A DNA stretch of 64,000 nt from Macrostomum lignano (taxonomy: Eukaryota), in NCBI GenBank assembly GCA_002269645.1, contig NIVC01000176.1, positions 372,001 to 436,000 of the forward strand, read 5' to 3'. Numbering within the stretch: position 1 is the stretch's first letter; every line of letters starts with the position of its first letter. The translations under genes were made by a program, and so were the position numbers. Shown here piece by piece: positions 1 through 12,533 of the stretch. Below the pieces are notes generated by a model. It was not told the DNA's origin, did not search any database, and was given only the letters and a program-made list of their open reading frames with translations.

Positions 1-3000
1 GTCTAGAAGCGGCAGATAGAGAAGGGTGGAAGGTCTAGAAGCGGCAGATAGAGGAGGTGGAAGGTCTAGAAGCGGCAGATAGAGGAGGGAGGAAGGTCTA
101 GAGGCGGCAGATAGAGGAGGGAGGAAGGTCTAGAAGCGGCAGATAGAGGAGGGAGGAAGGTCTAGAAGCGGCAGATAGAGGAGGGAGGAAGGTCTAGAGG
201 CGGCAGATAGAGGAGGGAGGAAGGTCTAGAAGCGGCAGATAGAGGAGGGTGGAAGGTCTAGAAGCAGCAGATAGAGGAGGGAGGAAGGTCTAGAAGCGGC
301 AGATAGAGAAGGTGGAAGGTCTAGAAGCGGCTGATAGAGGAGGTGGAAGGTCTAGAAGCGGCAGATAGAGGAGGTGGAAGGTCTAGAAGCGGCAGATAGA
401 GGAGGTGGAAGGTCTAGAAGCGGCAGATAAAGGAGGGTGGAAGGTCTAGAAGCAGCAGATAGAGGAGGGAGGAAGGTCTAGAAGCGGCAGATAGAGGAGG
501 GAGGAAGGTCTAGAAGCGGCAGATAGAGGAGGGAGGAAGGTCTAGAAGCGGCAGATAGAGGAGGGAGGAAGGTCTAGAAGCGGCAGATAGAGGAGAGAGG
601 AAGGTCTAGAAGCGGCAGATAGAGGAGGTGGAAGGTCTAGAAGCGGCAGATAGAGGAAGAAGGAAGGTCTAGAAGCGGCAGATAGAGGAGGGTGGAAGGT
701 CTAGAAGCGGCAGATAGAGGAGGTGGAAGGTCTAGAAGCGGCAGATAGAGGAGGGAGGAAGGTCTAGAGGCGGCAGATAGAGGAGGGAGGAAGGTCTAGA
801 AGCGGCAGATAGAGGAGGGAGGAAGGTCTAGAAGCGGCAGATAGAGGAGGGAGGAAGGTCTAGAGGCGGCAGATAGAGGAGGGAGGAAGGTCTAGAAGCG
901 GCAGATAGAGGAGGGTGGAAGGTCTAGAAGCAGCAGATAGAGGAGGGAGGAAGGTCTAGAAGCGGCAGATAGAGAAGGTGGAAGGTCTAGAAGCGGCAGA
1001 TAGAGGAGGTGGAAGGTCTAGAAGCGGCAGATAGAGGAGGTGGAAGGTCTAGAAGCGGCAGATAGAGGAGGTGGAAGGTCTAGAAGCGGCAGATAAAGGA
1101 GGGAGGAAGGTCTAGAAGCGGCAGATAGAGGAGGGTGGAAGGTCTAGAAGCGGCAGATAGAGGAGGGAGGAAGGTCTAGAAGCGGCAGATAGAGGAGGGA
1201 GGAAGGTCTAGAAGCGGCAGATAAAGGAGGGAGGAAGGTCTAGAAGCGGCAGATAGAGGAGGTGGAAGGTCTAGAAGCGGCAGATAGAGGAGGGAGGAAG
1301 GTCTAGAAGCGGCAGATAGAGGAGGGAGGAAGGTCTAGAAGCGGCAGATAGAGGAGGGGGAAGGTCTAGAAGCGGCAGATAGAGGAGGTGGAAGGTCTAG
1401 AAGCGGCAGATAGAGGAGGTGGAAGGTCTAGAAGCGGCAGATAGAGGAGGTGGAAGGTCTAGAAGCGGCAGAAAAAGGAGGGAGGAAGGTCTAGAAGCGG
1501 CAGATAGAGGAGGGAGGAAGGTCTAGAAGCAGCAGATAGAGGAGGGAGGAAGGTCTAGAAGCGGCAGATAGAGAAGGTGGAAGGTCTAGAAGCGGCAGAT
1601 AGAGGAGGTGGAAGGTCTAGAAGCGGCAGATAGAGGAGGTGGAAGGTCTAGAAGCGGCAGATAGAGGAGGTGGAAGGTCTAGAAGCGGCAGATAAAGGAG
1701 GGTGGAAGGTCTAGAAGCAGCAGATAGAGGAGGGAGGAAGGTCTAGAAGCGGCAGATAGAGGAGGGAGGAAGGTCTAGAAGCGGCAGATAGAGGAGGGAG
1801 GAAGGTCTAGAAGCGGCAGATAGAGGAGGGAGGAAGGTCTAGAAGCTGCAGATATAGGAGAGAGGAAGGTCTAGAATCGGCAGATAGAGGAGGGAGGAAG
1901 GTCTAGAAGCGGCAGATAGAGGAGGGAGGAAGGTCTAGAAGCGGCAGATAGAGGAGAGAGGAAGGTCTAGAAGCGGCAGATAGAGGAGAGAGGAAGGTCT
2001 AGAAGCGGCAGATAGAGGAGGGAGGAAGGTCTAGAAGCGGCAGATAGAGGAGGGTGGAAGGTCTAGAAGCGGCAGATAGAGGAGGTGGAAGGTCTAGAAG
2101 CGGCAGATAGAGGAAGAAGGAAGGTCTAGAAGCGGCAGATAGAGGAGGGTGGAAGGTCTAGAAGCGGCAGATAGAGGAGGTGGAAGGTCTAGAAGCGGCA
2201 GATAGAGGAGGGAGGAAGGTCTAGAAGCGGCAGATAGAGGAGGGAGGAAGGTCTAGAAGCGGCAGATAGAGGAGGGTGGAAGGTCTAGAAGCGGCAGATA
2301 GAGGAGGTGGAAGGTCTAGAAGCGGCAGATAGAGGAGGGAGGAAGGTCTAGAGGCGGCAGATAGAGGAGGGAGGAAGGTCTAGAAGCGGCAGTTGAGGAG
2401 GTGGAAGGTCTAGAAGCGGCAGATAGAGGAGGGAGGAAGGTCTAGAGGCGGCAGATAGAGGAGGGAGGAAGGTCTAGAAGCGGCAGATAGAGGAGGTGGA
2501 AGGTCTAGAAGCAGCAGATAGAGGAGGGTGGAAGGTCTAGAAGCGGCAGATAGAGAAGGTGGAAGGTCTAGAAGCGGCAGATAGAGGAGGTGGAAGGTCT
2601 AGAAGCGGCAGATAGAGGAGGGAGGAAGGTCTAGAGGCGGCAGATAGAGGAGGGAGGAAGGTCTAGAAGCGGCAGATAGAGGAGGGAGGAAGGTCTAGAA
2701 GCGGCAGATAGAGGAGGGAGGAAGGTCTAGAGGCGGCAGATAGAGGAGGGAGGAAGGTCTAGAAGCGGCAGATAGAGGAGGGTGGAAGGTCTAGAAGCAG
2801 CAGATAGAGGAGGGAGGAAGGTCTAGAAGCGGCAGATAGAGAAGGTGGAAGGTCTAGAAGCGGCAGATAGAGGAGGTGGAAGGTCTAGAAGCGGCAGATA
2901 GAGGAGGTGGAAGGTCTAGAAGCGGCAGATAGAGGAGGTGGAAGGTCTAGAAGCGGCAGATAGAGGAGGTGGAAGGTCTAGAAGCGGCAGATAGAGGAGG

Positions 3001-6000
3001 GTGGAAGGTTAGAAGCGGCAGATAGAGGAGGGAGGAAGGTCTAGAAGCGGCAGATAGAGGAGGGAGGAAGGTCTAGAAGCGGCAGATAGAGGAGGGAGGA
3101 AGGTCTAGAAGCGGCAGATAGAGGAGGGAGGAAGGTCTAGAAGCGGCAGATAGAGGAGGGAGGAAGGTCTAGAAGCGGCAGATAGAGGAGAGAGGAAGGT
3201 CTAGAAGCGGCAGATAGAGGAGGGAGGAAGGTCTAGAAGCGGCAGATAGAGGAGGGAGGAAGGTCTAGAAGCGGCAGATAGAGGAGGGTGGAAGGTCTAG
3301 AAGCGGCAGATAGAGGAGGGAAGGTCTAGAAGCGGCAGATAGAGGAGGGTGGAAGGTCTAGAAGCGGCAGATAGAGGAGGTGGAAGGTCTAGAGGCGGCA
3401 GATAGAGGAGGGAGGAAGGTCTAGAAGCGGCAGATAGAGGAGGGAGGAAGGTCTAGAAGCGGCAGATAGAGGAGGGAGGAAGGTCTAGAAGCGGCAGATA
3501 GAGGAGGGAGGAAGGTCTTGAAGCGGCAGATAGAGGAGGGTGGAAGGTCTAGAAGCGGCAGATAGAGGAGGGGAAGGTCTAGAAGCGGCAGATAGAGGAG
3601 AAGGAAGGTCTAGAAGCGGCAGATAGAGGAGGGTGGAAGGTCTAGAAGCGGCAGATAGAGGAGGTGGAAGGTCTAGAAGCGGCAGATAGAGGAGGGAGGA
3701 AGGTCTAGAGCGGCAGATAGAGGAGGGAGGAAGGTCTAGAAGCGGCAGATAGAGGAGGGAGGAAGGTCTAGAAGCGGCAGATAGAGGAGGGAGGAAGGTC
3801 TAGAGCGGCAGATAGAGGAGGGAGGAAGGTCTAGAAGCGGCAGATAGAGGAGGGTGGAAGGTCTAGAAGCGCAGATAGAGGAGGGAGGAAGGTCTAGAAG
3901 CGGCAGATAGAGGAGGTGGAAGGTCTAGAAGCGGCAGATAGAGGAGGTGGAAGGTCTAGAAGCGGCAGATAGAGGAGGTGGAAGGTCTAGAAGCGGCAGA
4001 TAGAGGAGGTGGAAGGTCTAGAAGCGGCAGATAGAGGAGGGAGGAAGGTCTAGAAGCGGCAGATAGAGGAGGGTGGAAGGTCTAGAAGCGCAGATAGAGG
4101 AGGGTGGAAGGTCTAGAAGCGGCAGATAGAGGAGGGAGGAAGGTCTAGAAGCGGCAGATAGAGGAGGGTGGAAGGTCTAGAAGCGGCAGATAGAGAAGGT
4201 GGAAGGTCTAGAAGCGGCAGATAGAGGAGGTGGAAGGTCTAGAAGCGGCAGATAGAGGAGGGAGGAAGGTCTAGAAGCGGCAGATAGAGGAGGGAGGAAG
4301 GTCTAGAAGCGGCAGATAAGGAGGGAGGAAGGTCTAGAAGCGGCAGATAGAGGAGGTGGAAGGTCTAGAAGCGGCAGATAGAGGAGGTGGAAGGTCTAGA
4401 AGCGGCAGATAGAGGAGGTGGAAGGTCTAGAAGCGGCAGATAGAGGAGGTGGAAGGTCTAGAAGCGGCAGAAAGGAGGGAGGAAGGTCTAGAAGCGGCAG
4501 ATAGAGGAGGGTGGAAGGTCTAGAAGCGGCAGATAGAGGAGGGAGGAAGGTCTAGAAGCGGCAGATAGAGGAGGTGGAAGGTCTAGAAGCGGCAGATAGA
4601 GGAGGTGGAAGGTCTAGAAGCGGCAGATAGAGGAGGTGGAAGGTCTAGAAGCGGCAGATAGAGGAGGTGGAAGGTCTAGAAGCGGCAGATAAGGAGGGAG
4701 GAAGGTCTAGAAGCGGCAGATAGAGGAGGGTGGAAGGTCTAGAAGCGCAGATAGAGGAGGGAGGAAGGTCTAGAAGCGGCAGATAGAGGAGGGAGGAAGG
4801 TCTAGAAGCGGCAGATAGAGGAGGGAGGAAGGTCTAGAAGCGGCAGATAGAGGAGGGAGGAAGGTCTAGAAGCGGCAGATAGAGGAGAGGAAGGTCTAGA
4901 AGCGGCAGATAGAGGAGGGAGGAAGGTCTAGAAGCGGCAGATAGAGGAGGGAGGAAGGTCTAGAAGCGGCAGATAGAGGAGGGAGGAAGGTCTAGAAGCG
5001 GCAGATAGAGGAGGTGGAAGGTCTAGAAGCGGCAGATAGAGGAAGAAGGAAGGTCTAGAAGCGGCAGATAGAGGAGGGTGGAAGGTCTAGAAGCGGCAGA
5101 TAGAGGAGGTGGAAGGTCTAGAAGCGGCAGATAGAGGAGGGAGGAAGGTCTAGAGGCGGCAGATAGAGGAGGGAGGAAGGTCTAGAAGCGGCAGTTGAGG
5201 AGGGAGGAAGGTCTAGAAGCGGCAGATAGAGGAGGGAGGAAGGTCTAGAGGCGGCAGATAGAGGAGGGAGGAAGGTCTAGAAGCGGCAGATAGAGGAGGG
5301 TGGAAGGTCTAGAAGCAGCAGATAGAGGAGGGTGGAAGGTCTAGAAGCGGCAGATAGAGAAGGTGGAAGGTCTAGAAGCGGCAGATAGAGGAGGTGGAAG
5401 GTCTAGAAGCGGCAGATAGAGGAGGGAGGAAGGTCTAGAGCGGCAGATAGAGGAGGGAGGAAGGTCTAGAAGCGGCAGATAGAGGAGGGAGGAAGGTCTA
5501 GAAGCGGCAGATAGAGGAGGGAGGAAGGTCTAGAAGCGGCAGATAGAGGAGGGAGGAAGGTCTAGAAGCGGCAGATAGAGGAGGGAGGAAGGTCTAGAAG
5601 CGGCAGATAGAGGAGGGAGGAAGGTCTAGAAGCGGCAGATAGAGAAGTAGGAAGGTCTAGAAGCGGCAGATAGAGGAGGGAGGAAGGTCTAGAAGCGGCA
5701 GATAGAGGAGGGAGGAAGGTCTAGAAGCGGCAGATAGAGGAGGTGGAAGGTCTAGAAGCGGCAGATAGAGGAAGAAGGAAGGTCTAGAAGCGGCAGATAG
5801 AGGAGGGTGGAAGGTCTAGAAGCGGCAGATAGAGGAGGTGGAAGGTCTAGAGCGGCAGATAGAGGAGGGAGGAAGGTCTAGAAGCGGCAGATAGAGGAGG
5901 GAGGAAGGTCTAGAAGCGGCAGATAGAGGAGGGAGGAAGGTCTAGAGGCGGCAGATAGAGGAGGGAGGAAGGTCTAGAAGCGGCAGATAGAGGAGGGAGG

Positions 6001-6077
6001 AAGATCTAGAAGCGGCAGACAGAGGAGGGTGGAAGGTCTAGAAGCGGCAGATAGAGGAGGGAGGAAGGTCTAGAAGC
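1..6077. repeat. Purine-rich 30-31 bp satellite array (GGAAGGTCTAGAAGCGGCAGATAGAGGAGG[GA/GT]), open at window start
   Basis: Continuous near-identical units with small indel variants, each containing TCTAGA; abrupt end at about 6077. Confidence 0.98.
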
Positions 6078-6635
6078 GCTCAATCCGCATCTATAGCTAT
6101 CCTGAACAATATCTAAAATTTCAATAGCCGATTCCACTAAATAGTTGTTGATAGGAAATGTCTTGAACTGCGATCTGAGCTATGGATTCAATAGCTTAGT
6201 AATTCTATAATATAATTTCATTTGACTTAAACCATACTAGCCCAAGTGTATATGATTCATATACTTGAACTGAGTTGACTCTGTCCGGCAGACCCAAACC
6301 AACTCTTACGAGCTACCAGAGGTCCCCCATATCCGCGTAGAGCCAACTGGTCTCAACTATAGCTCCTATTGAAGCGAGCTGAGCTTATGCGCACACACAG
6401 CCACATTGAATTTTCGGGCTGCAAAGGGGGGAGGAATGACAAGAGTAGCTGGGAATAAAGTAGCCATTGGAAAAGTAACCCCAACCCCCTTCCCCCCCGC
6501 AAATCGATACCATAGCTGGTTCCTAAGAGTCAGTCTGGCTGACTAGATAGAATAGAAGGACCTCCTAGTTTGCATTCTAGTAGTTTCTGCTGCAGCAGAG
6601 ATACAGACTTGCCCCTCGGGGAGTTGGCAGGCGGA

Positions 6636-8767
6636 ATGTTGTACAGTTGCGCCTTGATCTTCTTCCTGTGCTCATCCGGCTGTCTGCTCACCATCGGCCT
6701 GTTCAGCGATCGCTGGATGCTGGTTGAAGTGGCGCTGAAGGAGACTGACAAGATCAGAGTGACCACCTATGTGACTGTGGGACTGTGGGAGACGCGGCGT
6801 GAGTACCTGGAGTGGCTGCTGTAGAACTGCTAATGAGTGACAAAAGGGGCTAATGAGTGACAATTGGGGCTAATGAGTGACAATTGGGGCTAATGAGTGA
6901 CAATTGGGGGCTAATGAGTGACAATTGGGGGCTAATGAGTGACAATTGGGGGCTAATGAGTGACAATTGGGGGCTAATGAGTGACAATTGGGGCTAATGA
7001 GGGACAATGAAAGAGGAGAGAGGTGTCAACAATTAGCAATCAAATTCCATTACAAAATTCCACCCCAATTCCGCACAACGGCAGGTGTTCGCTACTATCA
7101 CTACTACCACTACTACCACCCGTACTATCATCACTACCATCACGCGATCATGGTCTACCAGAAAGAGCAGCAGCAGCCAGCGCCGGCCGCCCAGCCGCCG
7201 CCGCAGCCTGCAGCATCGACACCAAAGCCGACACCGACGCCAGCAGGCGCCACCAAGTCGAAATCGCCTGCGCCGGCATCCGACAAAGCCATCGCTCTGA
7301 CGTCATCGGCTGGAGAGACGGGATTGGCATCGGCCCACCTGACTGAGAAGACGCTCTACCACCTGTCAGACTCGCATAGCGGAGCCCTGATTGCCATCCG
7401 GGTGCTATTGTTTGTGTGCATCGGCTTGACCTTCGGGGCGTTGTTTCTGCTGCTGGTGACCGCCTGCAACGACACCAACGTGATCCGGCACCGGTACAAG
7501 GAGAAACGGCTGGCCTTCACGCTGGCCGGAATGTGTGCCATGGCCTGTGAGTGCCAGTAGCCGCTGTTGGCTCTGTGAATCTCAAGTTCTCTAAATATTT
7601 CACTGTGGCTCTGCACACTCTCGAAATTCATAAGTCTTGAAAATACCACACCCTAGCAAAACCCACACTCTTACAATTCCCACACCCTCACAATTCCCAC
7701 ACCATCACAATTCCCACACAATCACAATTCCCACACCATCACAATTCCCACACCATCACAATTCCCACACAATCACAATTCACACACAATCACAATTCCC
7801 ACACCTTCACAATTCCCACACCATCACAATTCCCACACCATCACAATTTCCACACCTTCACAATTCACACACCCTCACAATTCCCACACCATCACAATTT
7901 CCACACAATCACAATTCCCACACAATCACAATTCACACACAATCACAATTCCCACACAATCACAATTCCCACACAATCACAATTCACACACAATCACAAT
8001 TCCCACACCATCACAATTCCCACACCATCACAATTCCCACACAATCACAATTCCCACACAATCACAATTCCCACACCATCACAATTCCCACACCTTCACA
8101 ATTCCCACACCATCACAATTCCCACACAATCACAATTCCCACACCATCACAATTCCCACACCTTCACAATTCCCACACCATCACAATTCCCACACCATCA
8201 CAATTCCCACACCATCACAATTCCCACACTCTCGAAAGTCTCAAAATCACAATTTTCACAATTGCGCAATAATTCCCAAGCCCTAAAAAAATCCAACAGT
8301 CTCACGATCCCACCTCACTTAACTCCCGACAACTATACTGCACCATCAAAGTCCTTCTAACCAAAGGTGAAGGCCTTCCTTATAGCTCTGTACTTTCCCA
8401 AACACTTGAGGCTTCGTGAACTTTCAAGTTAGTTAAATTGGTTGGCCCAAATTTATAAAATTTATTTGAAAGTTCTCCCTGGAGTTGTAAAACTTTATCA
8501 GCAAAAAAATCGATTTTTATCGATCGCCCCCTCACGAGACATGTTTGAGTTTCGCTAAGCACTATATTTTTCATACTCGTACAAATTCCAGTGGTCCTAA
8601 CCATAGTCTGCTGGTCCGTGTTCCTGGGCACAGTGTTCCACAGTGTGCAGCAGTACGGCCACGCGGCCTCCAACAGTCTCAACGCCGGCTTCGTGTGCAG
8701 CATCCTAGCAACCGTATGCCTCATCGTGTCAATCGTCCTGTCCGCTTGTACTGTGGACGAGGAGTAA
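6636..8767 (+). CDS. Claudin/PMP22/EMP-like tetraspan membrane protein, 3 exons, about 266 aa
   Basis: Exons 6636-6798, 7085-7546, 8592-8767 join in phase with GTGAGT donors and AG acceptors. Four hydrophobic segments and a W...GLW motif (DRW...VGLWET) after TM1. The start codon is uncertain and an upstream exon is possible. Confidence 0.7.
6830..7006. repeat. 20-21 bp minisatellite (GGGGCTAATGAGTGACAATTG) in claudin-like intron 1
   Basis: About 8 tandem copies. Confidence 0.95.
7665..8228. repeat. About 17 bp C/A-rich minisatellite (CACAATTCCCACACCAT) in claudin-like intron 2
   Basis: Tandem copies; source of the spurious His/Thr ORF 7637-8272. Confidence 0.95.
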
Positions 8768-9069
8768 AATAATTTAAATAACTATCAACTACTTAAAGTA
8801 GCTTATTGAAATAATAGCTGAGATTGACTCTTATTTTCAACACTCAAGCGAGGCTTCTTTAGAAGTGTAGTCTGTACGCTTATGTATCACTTCCCTACTG
8901 CTATCATGCCCAAAATATTATATTATATATATTATATTACATTTAAATCATGTACTCCAGTGATATTTTTGCTGTACTTTTCTTGTCCACTTTTTAGTTC
9001 GTACGGTCAAAAACCATAAAAATTATTTGCATCCTAAACTATCTATCTATGCTAAGCTATCTATCGATA

Positions 9070-9684
9070 GCGGCATCCCCAATAAAAAATCAAGGAGGGT
9101 AAGCGGCATCCCCACTGAAGCATCATGGTGGGTAAGCGGCATCCCCACTGAAGCATCATGGTGGGTAAGCGGCATCCCCACTGAAGCATCATGGTGGGTA
9201 AGCGGCATCCCCACTGAAGCATCATGGTGGGTAAGCGGCATCCCCACTGAAGCATCATGGTGGGTAAGCGGCATCCCCACTGAAGCATCATGGTGGGTAA
9301 GCGGCATCCCCACTGAAGCATCATGGTGGGTAAGCGGCATCCCCACTGAAGCATCATGGTGGGTAAGCGGCATCCCCACTGAAGCATCATGGAGGGTAAG
9401 CGGCATCCCCACTGAAGCATCATGGAGGGTCAGCGGCATCCCCACTGAAGCATCATGGAGGGTAAGCGGCATCCCCACTGAAGCATCATGAAGGGTAAGC
9501 GGCATCCCCACTGAAGCATCATGGAGGGTAAGCGCGTAAGCGGCATCCCCACTGAAGCATCATGGAGGGTAAGCGGCATCCCCACTGAAGCATCATGGAG
9601 GGTCAGCGGCATCCCCACTGAAGCATCATGGTGGGTAAGCGGCATCCCCACTGAAGCATCATGGAGGGTCAGCGGCATCCCCAC
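9070..9684. repeat. 33 bp minisatellite, left segment (GGGTAAGCGGCATCCCCACTGAAGCATCATGGT)
   Basis: Tandem 33-mers interrupted at 9685 by a Gypsy LTR. Confidence 0.96.
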
Positions 9685-9980
9685 TGACGTGTCGTCGATT
9701 GAATGAAACAAGTCTAGCTTAATTATGCATGGTCAAAATGCTATTGTATTTCACGATTTCAAAGCGAGAGAAAACTAACGATATATAGCAAACACGATAG
9801 TGATAATATTGGGGTGGTTGGTGCAGTGCGCGCACAGAAGGCATAAAATAAATAAAGTGCTTAGAGTGAATACGTACATCTGAACACTTCGGGTGTAAGA
9901 AGGCATTGGCTCATTGGTTCAATAAAATATATAGATCAATAACTCAAGAGTCTGACCCTGCAAACCAACACGCCGCCTCA
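9685..9980 (-). repeat. 3' LTR of the Gypsy element (296 bp, TG...CA)
   Basis: Direct repeat of 13597-13872 with 2 substitutions seen over 276 bp; the pol stop codon TGA overlaps its first bases. Confidence 0.95.
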
Positions 9981-12533
9981 TCTCCCCCCCTCGAATCGAA
10001 CCGGCGGCACGCCTCGGTTCGCACGCACCGGGTAGCGGCGCTCTGGCTCTTGGGCGGGCTCGCCGAGTCCGCTTGGCTGGTCTTGATCGAGATCGTCGGG
10101 CTGATGCTGGGCGAGCTGCTCGCCAGTCCGGAGATCGATAGGATTGTCTGGCTGCTGCTGGACTGGCTTAGTCGGCTGCTCAATGACCGGACTCAGCTGG
10201 TCGGCGTGAGCAAGGGTGACCTGACCTCCGTGTCGAGCGATCAGTGCCGTGTTTGTGCCCTTCTGTGCCACGAACTCGGCTTGCTCTTGCTCCTGTTTGC
10301 CACCGGGTGTGTACCAGACGCTTGCTCCGATGGGGGTCTGCATGGTGATCGGGTTGCGCAGCTGCCGACCCATGAGCTGCGCCGGGCTCTGCATTCGGCC
10401 TGCGTGCGGCACGCATCTGTAGTTGAGGAGCAGCCTGGACAGAAATGAGTCGTAGGGCTCTGATCGCTGATCCCAGGCTGCTGATGCTCTCTTGATGGAC
10501 TGGACCATCCGCTCCGCCAAGCCGTTGGATTGCGGATGTCTCGGTGGCGTTTTTACAGCGCGGCAGCCGATTCTCTCTAGCCAGGCGAGCAGATTGGCAT
10601 CATGAAACTCGGCTGCATTGTCGCTGACGAGCACGTGGGGCACACCGGTTCTCGCGGAGACGGCCTGCAGCACTCGCTTGACAGTGGCCGCGTCTCTGTT
10701 AGGCACTCGTACAGCCTCCGGCCAGCCGGACATCGCGTCGACCAGAATTAGCAGCAGCCCGGCCTTTGGAACGTTTGCGTGGTCCATGTGTACCCTGTGC
10801 CAGGGCTCCTGCTCCTCCGGCCACCGATGGACAGCCGCCGAACCGCATGGCCGCAGTCTCAAGCAGGTTGGACAGTTGCGAATGAAGACCTCCACGTCGT
10901 TGCAGTAGCCGGGCCACCAGGCGGAGTTCTGCAGGCGAGCGCGCGTCGAGCCGGACCCTTGATGCGTGTCGTTGTGCACAAGTCGAAGAACTTTTTGCCG
11001 GAGGACGGCCGGAATGACCGCCCGGTCGCCATAGCAGAGAACTCCGTCCTCGACAATCAGAGCATTCCGGGCCGCTTTGAACGGTCTTTCAGCCGGAGAG
11101 CAGTTCGACCATCTGTTAGTGACGACTCGCTTTGTGACATCCATCAGCAGCCTCTCCCTCTGGGTTTCGGCCTTGAGTTCCTGCCATGGGATAACAGCCT
11201 CCGCTGTCCAGTGGATAATGCTCTCCAGCCGCTGCTCAGTCTGGTTCTCGGAGCCGTCACCATCGAAGTCTAGCCGTGACAGCGCATCGACCTGCGGGAT
11301 CGACTCGCCTTTCGTGTAGACGATATCGTAGTCGAAAGCCATTAGTTTTATGGCCCACCGAAGCAGCCTGGCATTTGCGACTTTCGGCAGTTGGCGTCTC
11401 GAGCCGAAGATGAACTCCAGCGGGCGGTGATCGGTTCTTAGTGTAAAGCGCGATCCCAGCAGGAATTGTTTAGCACGCTCCATGGCCCAGACGATTGCGA
11501 GTGCCTCTCTCTCTATGTTTGAGTAGCGCGTCTCGGTGCTGCTCAGCCGCCTGCTGAAGTACATTATCGGGTGACCATCTTGTGACAGAATCGCTCCGAT
11601 CGCCTTCTCGCTGGCATCGGTGGTGAGCGTCGCTTCCTTGCGCTTGTCGTACGGTTTGATGACCGGTCCTCGGCTGAGAATGTCCTTGATGAGCGAGAAC
11701 GCTGATTGCGCAGCCGGACCCCAGTTGAACTCAGCAGCTCGGGCTCGCAGCTGATTGAGCGGCTCGACGATGTCAGAGTAGCTCCTGATGAACCTCCCAA
11801 AGAAGTTCGCGAGTCCTAGGAAAGATTCTAACTGCTTTTTGTCCTTGGGCGGTTTTACCGAGCGGATTTTCTCTACCAGGTCCGGGTCCGGCGTGATTCC
11901 AGCGGCGCTAATCTTGTAGCCGAGGAATGAGATTTCTGTTGCTTTTAGATTCGATTTGTCCAGGTTGATGGTCATGCCGGCTGACTCCAGGGCTTGCAGT
12001 ACGTGCTGTACCTTCTGATTGAGCTCGGAGTCGGACTTAGCACCAAGAAGGATATCATCCTGGTATACTATTTTGCTGCTGACGTCCTCCAGTATTGTTT
12101 CCATGGCCTTTTGGAAAATTAATGACGCTGATTTTAAACCAGGAACCAATCTCTTGTAGCGGTAGAGGCCTAGTGGTGTTGCAATGGTGGTTACTTCTCG
12201 GCTATTTTCCTCGAGTTCAATCTGCAGGTAAGCGTCTGACAAGTCGAGTTTGGCGAAGTGCGTCATGCCCGCGATCTCTGAGAATATGGTCTCCATTTCT
12301 GGCATTGGGTAGGTGTCATTGCAGATCTGGTGGTTCACTCCGGCCTTGAAGTCGGCGCACACTCGGACCTTCCCATTGGGCTTCTTGAGGTGCAGTGGCA
12401 CCGGTCGAGCAGCGCAGTAGAACGGTCTGGCTCCTTCCACGAGCCTGATTTTAGCTTGAAAGCCTTTGAGACAGCCCAGCTGCTGAATCTTGTTGATGGT
12501 AACGGAGTCTTCTTGCAGTTTTATGTTATCCAT
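9978..12533 (-). CDS. Gypsy pol ORF (RT, RNase H, integrase) with an in-frame N-terminal RT deletion
   Basis: Motifs KVRVCADFK, YPMP, LDLSDAYLQ, VYQDDILL, TDAS, YSNIEREALA, TDHRPL, HHCC zinc finger, HMD...SDNA...NGLAERMV. Confidence 0.92.
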   Translation of the reverse strand: MDNIKLQEDSVTINKIQQLGCLKGFQAKIRLVEGARPFYCAARPVPLHLKKPNGKVRVCADFKAGVNHQICNDTYPMPEMETIFSEIAGMTHFAKLDLSDAYLQIELEENSREVTTIATPLGLYRYKRLVPGLKSASLIFQKAMETILEDVSSKIVYQDDILLGAKSDSELNQKVQHVLQALESAGMTINLDKSNLKATEISFLGYKISAAGITPDPDLVEKIRSVKPPKDKKQLESFLGLANFFGRFIRSYSDIVEPLNQLRARAAEFNWGPAAQSAFSLIKDILSRGPVIKPYDKRKEATLTTDASEKAIGAILSQDGHPIMYFSRRLSSTETRYSNIEREALAIVWAMERAKQFLLGSRFTLRTDHRPLEFIFGSRRQLPKVANARLLRWAIKLMAFDYDIVYTKGESIPQVDALSRLDFDGDGSENQTEQRLESIIHWTAEAVIPWQELKAETQRERLLMDVTKRVVTNRWSNCSPAERPFKAARNALIVEDGVLCYGDRAVIPAVLRQKVLRLVHNDTHQGSGSTRARLQNSAWWPGYCNDVEVFIRNCPTCLRLRPCGSAAVHRWPEEQEPWHRVHMDHANVPKAGLLLILVDAMSGWPEAVRVPNRDAATVKRVLQAVSARTGVPHVLVSDNAAEFHDANLLAWLERIGCRAVKTPPRHPQSNGLAERMVQSIKRASAAWDQRSEPYDSFLSRLLLNYRCVPHAGRMQSPAQLMGRQLRNPITMQTPIGASVWYTPGGKQEQEQAEFVAQKGTNTALIARHGGQVTLAHADQLSPVIEQPTKPVQQQPDNPIDLRTGEQLAQHQPDDLDQDQPSGLGEPAQEPERRYPVRANRGVPPVRFEGGR

